Source of the DNA: Thraustochytrium aureum
Taxonomy: Eukaryota
Assembly (NCBI GenBank): GCA_012862495.1
Contig: BLSG01000088.1
Coordinates: 116,437-180,436, forward strand
DNA length: 64,000 bases
Direction: 5' to 3'
Positions 1-10,606 of the stretch are shown here, piece by piece. How positions within the stretch are numbered: position 1 is the stretch's first letter; every line of letters begins with the position of its first letter. The position numbers were made by a program, and so were the translations under genes. The notes beneath the pieces are model-generated. The model was not told the origin of the DNA and searched no databases. It saw nothing but the letters and a program-made list of their open reading frames with translations.

Positions 1-133
1 CCAAATCCTGATCAATGAACAAATTTACCGCCATGTATTGAATTTCAGTAGGCTGTTTCAATGTATTGAATGTCAGTATTCCATTTCCTGGGCACTCAGG
101 ACTCCTCAGTACCTCCCTCCTTCAACGCAAGCC

Positions 134-1237
134 ATGGCGTGGCGTCGCGAGCGAGTGCCAGCAGGCCTGCGACCGAGCAGCCCCTGTTCTGGCCAGTCCG
201 GCATCGCGCCGTCGGTCGTCAGCGCTCGCAGGTATCGCGGTTTCGTCCTGCTTCGCAAGGTCTTGCTGCCGACTGCGAAAGCGAACGAACGCGAGGCGAT
301 CTGCGGGAGTGTCCACAGAATGCTGCGCCAGGCAGCCGCCGTCAAGGACTGGGGCACCCCTGTCGTCCCAGAAGCCCACGCAGCGCAGATCAACGCGCAG
401 CTGGAGAAGCTGAGGACGTTCGATGAGCGGTTCAAAGACGAGTGGAAACTGGTCGGCGAGTCTGGCGGGTTCAAATACTACGCGCCGAGCTCCTCCCAAA
501 ACGTCAAGGTCCTCTCGTGCTTCGCCGAGGGCACGCTCGACTGCTCGGCCTCTGTCGCGTTCGAAGTCCTCAACGACGCAAACCTCGTGAAAAAGCTCGA
601 CGACAATGTCAACAGCATAAACGTCCTGTCCCGCGACGAGCACAATCGCTACACGCACGTGGCCATGAAGGGCATGTACTGGACAGCGCCACGCGAGGTC
701 GTCACACTCGACCACTGGTTCGTGGACGACAAGGGCGTCATCCACAAGGTCGGGTTCTCCGTTGACCGCCCTGAGGTCCCCGAGCACCCAGACCCGAGCG
801 TTAAGGTGCGCGCATTGAGCAATGGGTGGACAGAGCTGCGCCCCGACCCTGAAGACGACCGCAAATGCCACCTGCGCATGCAGGTCGATATCGACGTCCG
901 CCTTGAGCACGTCCCGCAAACTGTCCAGCGCCTTCTGGCGGGCAGCGCGCAGAGGGTCAACGCGCAAAACTTTGGCAACAATCTCAAACAGGTCAACAAG
1001 ATGGTCAAAAAACTGCAACGCTCCAAGCCGGCCTCGCACCTTGTCGTGAACAAAGGCGGCGCCTTGAGCGAACTGCACGAGTCCTCAGCGACGCAGGCGG
1101 CGGCAGCGCTCCAGGCTGCGCCAGAGCTCGACTTTAGCGACATCAAGGCGGCCGATGTCGTGCTCACTCTGCTAGTGCTCATGACTTCCTCTGCTGCTAT
1201 CCTGTCAGCGCAGCTCGGCGTTGCCGCTGCCGCGTAA
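134..1237 (+). CDS. START (StAR-related lipid transfer) domain protein with hydrophobic C-terminal tail
   Basis: The ORF track start at 38 is TTG; the first in-frame ATG is 134. START-like motifs: W-K-L...GFKYY, DDNVNSINVL, YWTAPREVV, VRALSNGWTELRP, VDIDV...VPQ. It ends in hydrophobic VVLTLLVLMTSSAAILSAQLGVAAAA. Confidence 0.75.
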   Translation: MAWRRERVPAGLRPSSPCSGQSGIAPSVVSARRYRGFVLLRKVLLPTAKANEREAICGSVHRMLRQAAAVKDWGTPVVPEAHAAQINAQLEKLRTFDERFKDEWKLVGESGGFKYYAPSSSQNVKVLSCFAEGTLDCSASVAFEVLNDANLVKKLDDNVNSINVLSRDEHNRYTHVAMKGMYWTAPREVVTLDHWFVDDKGVIHKVGFSVDRPEVPEHPDPSVKVRALSNGWTELRPDPEDDRKCHLRMQVDIDVRLEHVPQTVQRLLAGSAQRVNAQNFGNNLKQVNKMVKKLQRSKPASHLVVNKGGALSELHESSATQAAAALQAAPELDFSDIKAADVVLTLLVLMTSSAAILSAQLGVAAAA

Positions 1238-1457
1238 AGGGCCGTAGGTACATGGGCCGCTCGCACATGACCGCAGGTTCGTGGGCTGCAGGTGTATCGG
1301 CCGCGCGCGCTGCAGAGGCGGCGAGATAGAAAATAGCGTCGGTCGAGCCACGCGAGGAGGGGAAACGAAACGGACTCTCGCAACTGGCTGACTGCTTGTA
1401 GCCAGCGCAGAGGCTGCTCTAGTTTGCGCACCGAGAGAGAACAACAACAACAGCAAC

Positions 1458-1503
1458 GAATCGAATGGAATCGAATGGAATCGAATGGAATGGAATGGAA
1501 TGA
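1458..1503 (+). repeat. (GAATCGAATG)3 plus (GAATG)n microsatellite, preceded by (AAC)n
   Basis: Read directly: gaatcgaatggaatcgaatggaatcgaatggaatggaatggaatga. Confidence 0.9.
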
Positions 1504-1806
1504 AAAATCAACGAAAAACAATGAGCAGACCAAAGGCAACACGAAGGTGAACGGGCCGAAACAAGCCCGCTCCAAAAGTTGAGGCCTCAACAAGCGCAGG
1601 CAAACCGTCGAACCTGACCCAAGGCGACCAGATCGCCTATGGCCATAGTGGCACAGGTTGGCGGCGAATCCGCGTTGAACGCCCACATCGCCTTGGTCGC
1701 GACCTCTGACAATGAGATTGATGATCAGTCTTGCCGACGCGCTCCAGCAACCAGCAGAGCGCGCGGAGCGACTCTGCCCTCTGCTAGCTCTCTGGAGAGA
1801 GAGAGC

Positions 1807-1870
1807 AAGCTGAGGGCAAGCTGAGGGCTAGCTGAGGGCTGGCTGAGCACTAGCTGAGCACTAGCTGAGG
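1807..1870 (+). repeat. 11-bp tandem repeat (AGCTGAGGGCW / AGCTGAGCACT), about 6 copies
   Basis: aagctgagggc aagctgagggc tagctgagggc tggctgagcac tagctgagcac tagctgagg; overlaps the stop of the minus-strand ORF. Confidence 0.9.
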
Positions 1871-2694
1871 CCAAAGAGTTGCCGGTGCGAGTGCAGCAGC
1901 GAGGGGCGGCTCAACTTTGTCGAGCCAGCGACGGCGCGCGGCTGCGCCTCGCGCAGCGCATCGACAAACTTCCCCGCCGAGTTCGCCTTGCACCAAGCAG
2001 CCNNNNNNNNNNNNNNNNNNNNNNNNNNNNNNNNNNNNNNNNNNNNNNNNNNNNNNNNNNNNNNNNNNNNNNNNNNNNNNNNNNNNNNNNNNNNNNNNNN
2101 NNNNNNNNNNNNNNNNNNNNNNNNNNNNNNNNNNNNNNNNNNCCAAATCCCGTCGCGTTGCGGCGCAGCCGGCACAAGCAAAAAGTCCGACACGGTCACC
2201 GGCTCGGCCCCCTCCTCGTCGCCGCGGCCCGCAACAAGCCCCGAGCCGCTCAAAAGCGACAAGCTCTTGGCGCCATCTTGCAAGAGGCCCACAAACATGT
2301 CGATGGCCCACTGCGGGTGGTGCCCGGCGCGGTCGCCGGGGGTCTTGCGCAAGCGCAGCACCAGCTCGTGCCCGGCAGAGCTGTCGCCCATGTCCGCGGC
2401 GCGCGCCGCTGAGACTCGATCGTCATTAATGATCTTGGTCGCGAGTCCTGCGGTCGCGAAGACCAGCTCGTATTCGGTCTCCAGGAGGCAGACCGCCACC
2501 GAGCGCCGGCCGACCTTCACTCGCCTCTCCCCTCGCAGCACCTTGTCTTGCGTAAAGTGCTTCCTGTACCACCTAATCGCGTTGCCCTCTGTCGCGGACC
2601 GCGCTGCATCGCTTGTCACGTCTTGCGAGGCCGTCAACACCGCCGCGCCACTCTGGTCGCGTCCGCTCGCCCCGCGGAGAGCCGCGCAACCCAT
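1861..2694 (-). CDS. hypothetical protein (interrupted by gap 2003-2142)
   Basis: Open frame with protein-like composition on both sides of the gap. First ATG at 2694 (MGCAALRG). No family recognised. Confidence 0.5.
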   Translation of the reverse strand: MGCAALRGASGRDQSGAAVLTASQDVTSDAARSATEGNAIRWYRKHFTQDKVLRGERRVKVGRRSVAVCLLETEYELVFATAGLATKIINDDRVSAARAADMGDSSAGHELVLRLRKTPGDRAGHHPQWAIDMFVGLLQDGAKSLSLLSGSGLVAGRGDEEGAEPVTVSDFLLVPAAPQRDGIWXXXXXXXXXXXXXXXXXXXXXXXXXXXXXXXXXXXXXXXXXXXXXXXAAWCKANSAGKFVDALREAQPRAVAGSTKLSRPSLLHSHRQLFGLS

Positions 2695-3659
2695 GGCTGG
2701 CACCAAGCCAAATCCAAACCGATCGCGCTCGAACACCGTCGGCTCGAGCCGATATCGCTTGCCAGCCTGCCGGCCCGTTGATCAATCGATCAATCGTGAT
2801 TGATCGGCTGCTGCCCGGGCATTGACGTCACGGCGCACGTCGCAATTCCGCCCGATACGTGCCGATGCATGGATCATGTGAGTAGGGTACCGTACTCGAG
2901 ACTCGGGAACACCTTTCATGGATTTCACCGACTTCATCACCGCCGCGTCGCACTCGAGCGCCGCGGGCTCTCGAACCTCGCTCGCGGCTGCGCGGCTGCG
3001 CGGCGGGCGGGCTGGCTGGCTGGCTGGCTCGCTCGCTGGCTGGCCGATCTTGGTGCTCGCGCTGCGGTGTGCTGCCAAGGCGCCTCGGCGCGGCCTTCGA
3101 GGGAGAGCGATGGGCGTGTCGGCGCGCGATTGCTGGCGCCTCCGAGTCATCGACGTCAACCTCCGACGGCCCGGGGAGCTGGCTCGAGGCCGCCGAGGAG
3201 GAGGTGCGACAATGGGCTGATCAAGATCTGTTTTGTTCGTTCGTGCTCGTCGTGCTCCCAGGCGGATTCCACTGTTCACAATGTTCTCTATGTGTTATAC
3301 GTTTGCAATTTAGTAAATAACATCAGTGCTGTTAGTATACACGGTGGACCGAGATCTGACAAGCTCGGCAGATGATGACGTTCTTGTAGCTTACGGGAAG
3401 GGGACCTTACCGGTACACTACAAGGGAAATTTTCCGTAGTACTCACAGTAGGGCGAACTACTCGTACGCTGCAGATCACAGTTGAGTACGGATCTCGCGT
3501 CGAGGAGCCCGAGAGGCTAGTACCTACCGGTACAGGTACTCTACGCCAACGCTCGAGGTCGGCGCCCTCGATCTCGCGCTGCCCGCGCCTGCTGGCGCGC
3601 CACGGCGGCCGCTGGAGCGCAAAGCTGCCGCGGTGTGCTTGGTTGTCCCAGTTGTTGCA

Positions 3660-5171
3660 ATGGCGGACGAGCTCCGACTTCAGGAAGCGCCCAGCGAGCC
3701 ACTCAAAGGGACACAACGCAAGGTGACCATGCTGGACAGCCTCGTCGGGAATGGCGTGATGCGCAAGGGCCCGCGGAGCGTGGGGAACTTTAGCACCGGG
3801 GGGGACCACGCCGGAAGCACGGCGCGCGAGGCCGGGAAGCGCGTCACGTTCGACCTGGAAAAGTCCAACCACGACAAGCGAGTGATTGACACGATACACT
3901 CGGGCGTCATCAAGAGCAAACAACTCACAAAGTCCCTGGTCACGCTGAGCTGGCACAGCAGGCCGCGCACAATCATGCTCGTCAAAAAGCGCTACGATCC
4001 CGAGTGCACCGCCGTGCTCATCAGCATCGCGAAATACCTAGCCGCCGCCGGCGTCCGAGTCGTACTCGAGCAGGCCGTGCGCGAAGACGACCTCACCGTA
4101 GACGACCTGCAGGCGCTCAAGGGCGAGCTCGTCCCCGACGACGGCCCCGCCACGCTCGAAGAAGTCGACCTCTGCATCTGCATCGGCGGCGACGGCACCA
4201 TCCTCTGGTACGCCTCAAAGTTTCCCAGGGCCTGCCCGCCCGTGCTCTCCGTGGGCATGGGCTCGCTCGGCTTCCTCACAACGTGCACCGAGATCACCGA
4301 ACCAATTCTCGACAAGCTCCTCACCGAGAAATGGCAGCACAAGGTGACGATGCGCTCCCGCCTGCAGGTCAGCGTCTACGACGAGAACGACGTGCTGCGC
4401 TCCGGTAGCACGCACACCGTGCTCAACGAAGTCGTGCTCAAAGGTGTCGACGGCATGGTCAACCTCGAAGTGTACCTCAGCGACATCTTGGAGAGCGAGC
4501 CGATCACCAACGTGCAGGGCGACGGCCTGATCATCTCCACCACGACCGGGTCCACGGCGTACAGCATGTCGGCTGGAGGTAGCATGATCCACCCGTCCAT
4601 CCCCTGCATTCTGCTCACGCCCATTTGCCCGCACTCGCTCAGCTTCCGCCCCGTCGTGGTCAGCGACACGGTCGTAATCCACATCCGCGTCCACGAATCG
4701 GCTCGGACCGACGTTTGCGTCTTCTCCGACGGCAAGTCGCTGCGCCCAGAGGGCAAGGAAGCACTGCTCCTCAAGCGGGGCGAGTGGGCCGTCGTGCGAA
4801 TGTCGCCCTTTCCGGTCCCTTGCATCTGCAGCAGCGGCGAGTCTGCAGACTGGTTTGCGTCCATCAAGGAGGGCTTCAACTGGAACGAGCGCAAGATCCA
4901 AAAGGCGTTCGCCCCAGGTGCGCGGGAGGCGCAGCAGCTCGAGGCCACCGCCCCGCCGCCTGTCCCCAAGCTGCGTGTCGCGCGCCCGCCAGCCGTTTCC
5001 TCCCTGCCGCGCTCTCGCCACAAGGTGCGCGGCTCTTCCCTGTCTCCGATGGACGACGAGGACGAGCTGCCAGTCGTCCCCCCAAAGCCGCCGCCCGCCT
5101 TTGACAACGCCTCCGTGTCGTCCGAGGCTTCGACGACGTCTCAGGGCCCTTACGACACAGGCCTCGAGTGA
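3660..5171 (+). CDS. NADK: NAD(+) kinase
   Basis: Signature motifs IGGDGTIL, GSLGFL, VLNEVV, QGDGLIISTTTGSTAYSMSAGG, LTPICPHSLSFRP. First ATG at 3660. Confidence 0.95.
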   Translation: MADELRLQEAPSEPLKGTQRKVTMLDSLVGNGVMRKGPRSVGNFSTGGDHAGSTAREAGKRVTFDLEKSNHDKRVIDTIHSGVIKSKQLTKSLVTLSWHSRPRTIMLVKKRYDPECTAVLISIAKYLAAAGVRVVLEQAVREDDLTVDDLQALKGELVPDDGPATLEEVDLCICIGGDGTILWYASKFPRACPPVLSVGMGSLGFLTTCTEITEPILDKLLTEKWQHKVTMRSRLQVSVYDENDVLRSGSTHTVLNEVVLKGVDGMVNLEVYLSDILESEPITNVQGDGLIISTTTGSTAYSMSAGGSMIHPSIPCILLTPICPHSLSFRPVVVSDTVVIHIRVHESARTDVCVFSDGKSLRPEGKEALLLKRGEWAVVRMSPFPVPCICSSGESADWFASIKEGFNWNERKIQKAFAPGAREAQQLEATAPPPVPKLRVARPPAVSSLPRSRHKVRGSSLSPMDDEDELPVVPPKPPPAFDNASVSSEASTTSQGPYDTGLE

Positions 5172-5411
5172 ATCAGCTGCTCGGCAGCCCCCCCGCTTGT
5201 GCGGCATGGGGGCGCAACGATCAACGCGGAGGCAAACTGAACTGATCTCGCTTGGGAATTCTCTTGGNNNNNNNNNNNNNNNNNNNNNNNNNNNNNNNNN
5301 NNNNNNNNNNNNNNNNNNNNNNNNNNNNNNNNNNNNNNNNNNNNNNNNNNNNNNNNNNNNNNNNNNNNNNNNNNNNNNNNNNNNNNNNNNNNNNNNNNNN
5401 NNNNNNNNNNN

Positions 5412-6395
5412 GCTCATCCCGCGCTTGCGCAACGGAATGCGCGGCAGCCCCGTCGCATGCCGCGCGAGGTTGAGCGTGTTCCGCATCAGCATTGCAATCG
5501 TCATGGGCCCTACACCTCCAGGGACGGGGGTGATCTTGGAGGCCACCGCGACAGCCTCCTCAAAGCAAACGTCGCCTACGAGTCTGTAGCCCCTCTTCTT
5601 CGTGGCGTCGGGCACAGAGTTGATCCCGACGTCGATCACGACAGCGCCTGGCTTGATCCAGTCCCCTCGGATCATCTCGGCGCGACCAACTGCTGCAACG
5701 AGAATGTCTGCACGCCGAACGTGCTCTTGAATGTCGGGCGTGCGAGAGTGGACCACAGTGACAGTGGCGTCCATGGAAAGCAGCAGGTGCATCATCGGCA
5801 TGCCCACGATATTGCTCCTGCCGACCACAACGGCGTGCTTGCCCGAGCACTCGACGCCAGACCGCTGCAAGAGCTCGACGCACCCCGCAGGCGTGCAGGG
5901 GATCGCGAGCGGCGGTTCGCCACCCTTTAGCGCGAGATTCCCGATGTTTTCTGCTGAAAACCCGTCCACGTCCTTGTCTACTCGGATGCGCTTGAGGATG
6001 CTGTGCTCGTCCACGTGAGCGGGCAGCGGAAGTTGCACCAAGATCCCGTGGACGTCTTCTCGCGCGTTGAGGTCGTCGATCACCTTTTCCAGCTCTGCTT
6101 GCGTCGCAGACTCCTCCAGCTCAATGGACACCGAGGTGATCCCCGTTTGCTCGGCAGCCTTCTTCTTCATGCGCACGTACGTCGCGGAGTCGGGCCGGTT
6201 TCCAACCAGGACGACGGCAAGTCCGGGCTTGACGCCGTTGCTCGCGACCAGTTCCTCCACGCACTTGCGCACCTCCTCCCTGATCGTCGCGCTCAGCTTC
6301 GTCCCGTCAATCAGCTTCGCCGTGTGGTCCGCGGCCGCATCCTCTGCGGCTCCGGCCGGCACGGCGGCCGCCTCGACGTTGGGGGTCTCGGCCAT
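5412..6395 (-). CDS. folD: bifunctional methylenetetrahydrofolate dehydrogenase/cyclohydrolase (stop lies in gap 5268-5411)
   Basis: Motifs LIDG, PGLAVVLVG..PDS.TYVRMK.K, GILVQLPLP, KDVDGF, PCTP.G, VVGRSNIVG.P, VIDVGIN, ITPVPGGVGPMTIAML. ATG at 6395. Confidence 0.95.
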
Positions 6396-7153
6396 CGCGT
6401 GAATCAGAAGAATCACTCAACAACGAATCAAACCAACCAATCCCGCGCGCGACGCAGCAAACGAGCAAACAACGAAGCCAAGGCGCACGTCGCACACGCA
6501 AGACCAGGCCGCTCTCCTTCTGCTCGATGCTGCAGCCGAGGCTTGGGCGGCGGACGCGATCGAGGGCTGCCAGGCGCGTCCAGCGCGAAGGAGGTACCTA
6601 CGCACTCTGCCACAATTTGCGCTGATCGATCGGACATGATCAGCCTGCAAGAACGGATTCTCGTCCACAATGGGCGCGGCGCTGTTGCTCGCGATACCGC
6701 TGCGACGGGAGGATTCGGGCCGTGGCGGACCTGCGCGATAACAGGGCGAGTAGCTCTAACACTGTGCCCGCGATAGCGCTGCGCCTGGAGGATTCGAGCC
6801 GTACTGGGGCCACTCGTCGTGGACGATCAACCACCTCTCTAATGACCAAGATTGAAAGCTCAACTAGCCAGAGTGCTTCGCGAGCCCCAAAGCCTTCGTG
6901 CGAGCACTGGCAGACCGCTGAGGCAGACGGGTGCCGTGGGCCAGCGGGAGATCGAGGCGCTCCTGTGTGGGCAATAAAACTCTGCTGATGCGTGATTTAG
7001 TAGGCCTACCCACCTACATCTTCTTCAAGTAGAGCTGGGGCGCACCAGCGTGCCGACGCGGACCACGAGGTGCCAAACCGCACAATGCTCGCATAGTCGA
7101 ATCGGTCTTTCTCTTCGCGGTGCACGGCGGCTCTGCAAATGCTGGGACTTGAA

Positions 7154-8795
7154 CTAAATTCTCAGCCCCAGGATAACTGGCTGGAAGGCTGCAGCATTCT
7201 TGGTCTTGTCGATTGCAATCGCCTGGCGCTTCCCGGTGAGCGGGTCGCGTGCGTCAACGTGCAGAATACCGCGGTCGTTGATATGGAAGGTGACCTGAAT
7301 CTGCGAGTCTCCAACGCGGCCCGCCGGAATTCCCACGAGCTCAAACTGGCCGAGAACAGCATTCTCCGAGGCCCGGAGCGAGTCGCCCTGACGCACGACA
7401 ATCTCAACCGCCGTCTGCTGGTCCGTCACTGTGGTAAAGCATTGCGTGAACGAGGTGGGGAAAGCATGNNNNNNNNNNNNNNNNNNNNNNNNNNNNNNNN
7501 NNNNNNNNNNNNNNNNNNNNNNNNNNNNNNNNNNNNNNNNNNNNNNNNNNNNNNNNNNNNNNNNNNNNNNNNNNNNNNNNNNNNNNNNNNNNNNNNNNNN
7601 NNNNNNNNNNNNNNNNNNNNNNNNNNNNNNNNNNNNNNNNNNNNNNNNNNNNNNNNNNNNNNNNNNNNNNNNNNNNNNNNNNNNNNNNNNNNNNNNNNNN
7701 NNNNNNNNNNNNNNNNNNNNNNNNNNNNNNNNNNNNNNNNNNNNNNNNNNNNNNNNNNNGTCGTTGACGGTTTCCAGGCCGAGCGACTGCCGCTGCTTGG
7801 GCAACTGCCAGCCTCGGAAGGACTCCTGGCTCGTTGTGACGCCCGAGAAGGACCCCTCTGTGCGGAGGTTGCCGGACGGCGCAATGGGGCCCTGGCGCTC
7901 GCACTGGTAGGCCACGAACGCTGTGAAGGCGAGCGCAGCAGACATTTGGTCAGCTGACTTTTGCGGCCGCACAACTCCCGAAAGGCGGCGCTTCACAAAC
8001 AACACGGCCCGCGCCGACACCCAACTTACCCTCTCTGTTTGTGGTGGAGCCGTAAAACGGGCCCGAGTCGGCGCGGTGGACTGGCGCCTGCGCCCGAGCG
8101 GGTTTCTCAGCGCTCCACGCCTGGAAGGCCTCCCCACTGGTCGTGCTCCCGTAAAAGTAGGCTTTGTTTGGCTCGTAGACGACCTTGGGAGCCTCCTCGC
8201 GCTTTGCTGAAGGAAATGCTACATAGGCCTGGCGGCTGGTCGTGTCAAAGTAGCCAACCCCGTCGCCCGTGCTGAGCACGCCGTCGAGCGACTTGCCGTC
8301 TGGCGCCGACCCAATCACGCGCTCAGCCCCAGCTGGCGCGGCAAACGCGCTCATGGATGTGCTCTCGCCGTAAAAGGCAGAGCCCTCCTTAATCGGGATC
8401 GACGAAGCTTTTGCCGTCGCGCTTGGCTCGGCTGGGCGCCCCCCCATGTATTTGTACGTGTCGGCGCTCGTGGTGCTTCCGTAGAACTTGGCGTTGCTTG
8501 GCTCGTACTTTTGCTCCAGCTGCTCGTACGTGCGCGATTGCGGCGGTGGTTGCTGGTACGCGCTGCGGCTTGTTGTCTCGCCATAAAAGTGGCCCGACTC
8601 CCTGATCGAGATGCTCGTCCCTTTCGCGTGCGACGAGGGCAACGCCTGCTCCACGCGCCCATACTGGACGTACGCGTCGCTCGACGTGCTGCGGCCCTCA
8701 AAGCTCGCTCTGCGCTCGCGCCACAGCTGGATGTGCTTATCCCCAGCAACGTGCGTGTTGACTAGCGACGCTCCATTCGGCTGCGTGCCGGCCAT
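7154..8795 (-). CDS. SAXO/STOP-like Mn-repeat microtubule inner protein fused to a C-terminal Hsp70 substrate-binding (SBD-beta) domain; two exons visible
   Basis: About 8 repeats of F-x-G-x-[TS]-T-[SN]-x3-[YF]. After splicing out 7921-8029 the frame reaches SLGLET and, past gap 7469-7759, FPTSFTQCFTTVTDQQTAVEIVVRQG...NAVLGQFELVGIP...QIQVTFHINDRGILHVDA, which is typical Hsp70 SBD. Confidence 0.8.
7921..8029 (-). other. spliceosomal intron, 109 nt
   Basis: Donor G|GTAAGT, branch-like GCTGAC, acceptor CCTTCACAG|. Removal restores the frame and completes a repeat (FYGSTTNRE-AF). Confidence 0.85.
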
Positions 8796-9190
8796 CCTGC
8801 CTCGCGTCCGTGCTCAGCGTGCCGTGCGCGCGGGCTCCTCTTCCAACGCACAGCGATTTTTCTCCAAACTTGAGCCCGTCACAAATCGGTGTCTGCCAGC
8901 CTCCAACCAGCCACCCACGGCGCGCGACCCAACGGCGCGCTGACAAGCCCAACGAGCACGACTCGACCGCCGAGCCAACCCACCAAGCAACAGCAACAGC
9001 ACGAGCGGTTGAACGGCAACGGGACTGGGCCAACAAGTCCTGCACGACCTCCAAGAAAACCAAGCGATAGCACAAGCCAAACGAAGCCAAACCTACACGA
9101 CGCCCTCGGCTCGGATCGCTGCGCGCTCCCCGCTCGCTCGCGTGCTCGACGGCCAAGCGATCCGTCGCCATTCACGTAACGGCCACATCG

Positions 9191-9267
9191 GCTAGGTTAG
9201 GGTCCGCTAGGGTCCGCTAGGGTTCGCTAGGGTTGATAAGGTTAGGGTTAGAACTAAAGGTTAGGGT
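9191..9267 (+). repeat. degenerate telomere-like TTAGGG/CTAGGG cluster including a 10-bp tandem (GCTAGGGTYC)
   Basis: TTAGGG at 9197, 9242 and 9261; CTAGGG three times in a 10-bp period. Confidence 0.7.
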
Positions 9268-10323
9268 GTGCTGAACAGAATCAGAACAGAACAGAATCGA
9301 CAATCACGAGCAAGACGATCGACACGAGTCTGGTTGTGACAACACGTCGCGGCAAGTGCGTGCGCTCGCCTCTCGCTTGCACCCTCTCGAGCTAGTCAGC
9401 GTAGCCCTCGACTTGAGCCCTTTGCAAGCCGAGCCAGACCAGACAGCACCCTTGCGAAGCAGATTGCGGGCCGTGCCAGAGCTGTTTCGCGCGCGCGTTG
9501 GCCAGCAGCCCCCCCGCCCTTNNNNNNNNNNNNNNNNNNNNNNNNNNNNNNNNNNNNNNNNNNNNNNNNNNNNNNNNNNNNNNNNNNNNNNNNNNNNNNN
9601 NNNNNNNNNNNNNNNNNNNNNNNNNNNNNNNNNNNNNNNNNNNNNNNNNNNNNNNNNNNNNNNNNNNNNNNNNNNNNNNNNNNNNNNNNNNNNNNNNNNN
9701 NNNNNNNNNNNNNNNNNNNNNNNNNNNNNNNNNNNNNNNNNNNNNNNNNNNNNNNNNNNNNNNNNNNNNNNNNNNNNNNNNNNNNNNNNNNNNNNNNNNN
9801 NNNNNNNNNNNNNNNNNNNNNNNNNNNNNNNNNNNNNNNNNNNNNNNNNNNNNNNNNNNNNNNNNNNNNNNNNNNNNNNNNNNNNNNNNNNNNNNNNNNN
9901 NNNNNNNNNNNNNNNNNNNNNNNNNNNNNNNNNNNNNNNNNNNNNNNNNNNNNNNNNNNNNNNNNNNNNNNNNNNNNNNNNNNNNNNNNNNNNNNNNNNN
10001 NNNNNNNNNNNNNNNNNNNNNNNNNNNNNNNNNNNNNNNNNNNNNNNNNNNNNNNNNNNNNNNNNNNNNNNNNNNNNNNNNNNNNNNNNNNNNNNNNNNN
10101 NNNNNNNNNNNNNNNNNNNNNNNNNNNNNNNNNNNNNNNNNNNNNNNNNNNNNNNNNNNNNNNNNNNNNNNNNNNNNNNNNNNNNNNNNNNNNNNNNNNN
10201 NNNNNNNNNNNNNNNNNNNNNNNNNNNNNNNNNNNNNNNNNNNNNNNNNNNNNNNNNNNNNNNNNNNNNNNNNNNNNNNNNNNNNNNNNNNNNNNNNNNN
10301 NNNNNNNNNNNNNNNNNNNNNTT

Positions 10324-10485
10324 CTCAAGCCGTTCTCGGCTGCGGTTCTCGAGTCGATTGGCGCCCGCGGCGGAGGGCGCGGGAACAAGATCCAAGGCAA
10401 GATCCCAGAGGGCGCGTTGACCGCGAAGGCGCTTGCTGGTATGCAGGAGCTGGCGCGGGACCTGCTCAGTGCGGCGGGCAACTAG
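10324..10485 (+). CDS. C-terminal fragment of a DHHA1-like / AlaX (AARSD1-like) protein; most of the gene lies in gap 9522-10321
   Basis: Frame absent from the ORF track: LKPFSAAVLESIGARGGGRGNKIQGKIPEGALTAKALAGMQELARDLLSAAGN*. The GxxGGG..QG pattern is typical of the DHHA1/C-Ala end. Confidence 0.5.
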   Translation, partial: LKPFSAAVLESIGARGGGRGNKIQGKIPEGALTAKALAGMQELARDLLSAAGN

Positions 10486-10606
10486 CAGCGTGCGGCTGAC
10501 TTCGAATGCACAAAACGGAAAAGGGACTTGTTGACATAAAAGCGCGAGGCGCTCCGTTTCCGCGCCGGCCCGAGGCGCCGCGAGGAGCGCTAGCTACCTT
10601 TTCAGC

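Noticed and set aside
33..78. 18-bp direct repeat atgtattgaatKtcagta at 28-bp spacing
   Set aside because: Only two copies at the window edge; function cannot be inferred.
1458..1503. Human satellite II/III-like contamination
   Set aside because: Only ~45 bp, embedded seamlessly in native intergenic DNA; more simply a microsatellite.
4215..5411. 733-aa FolD with long C-terminal extension overlapping NAD kinase
   Set aside because: Artefact of reading through the N-gap; the extension is antisense to NAD kinase.
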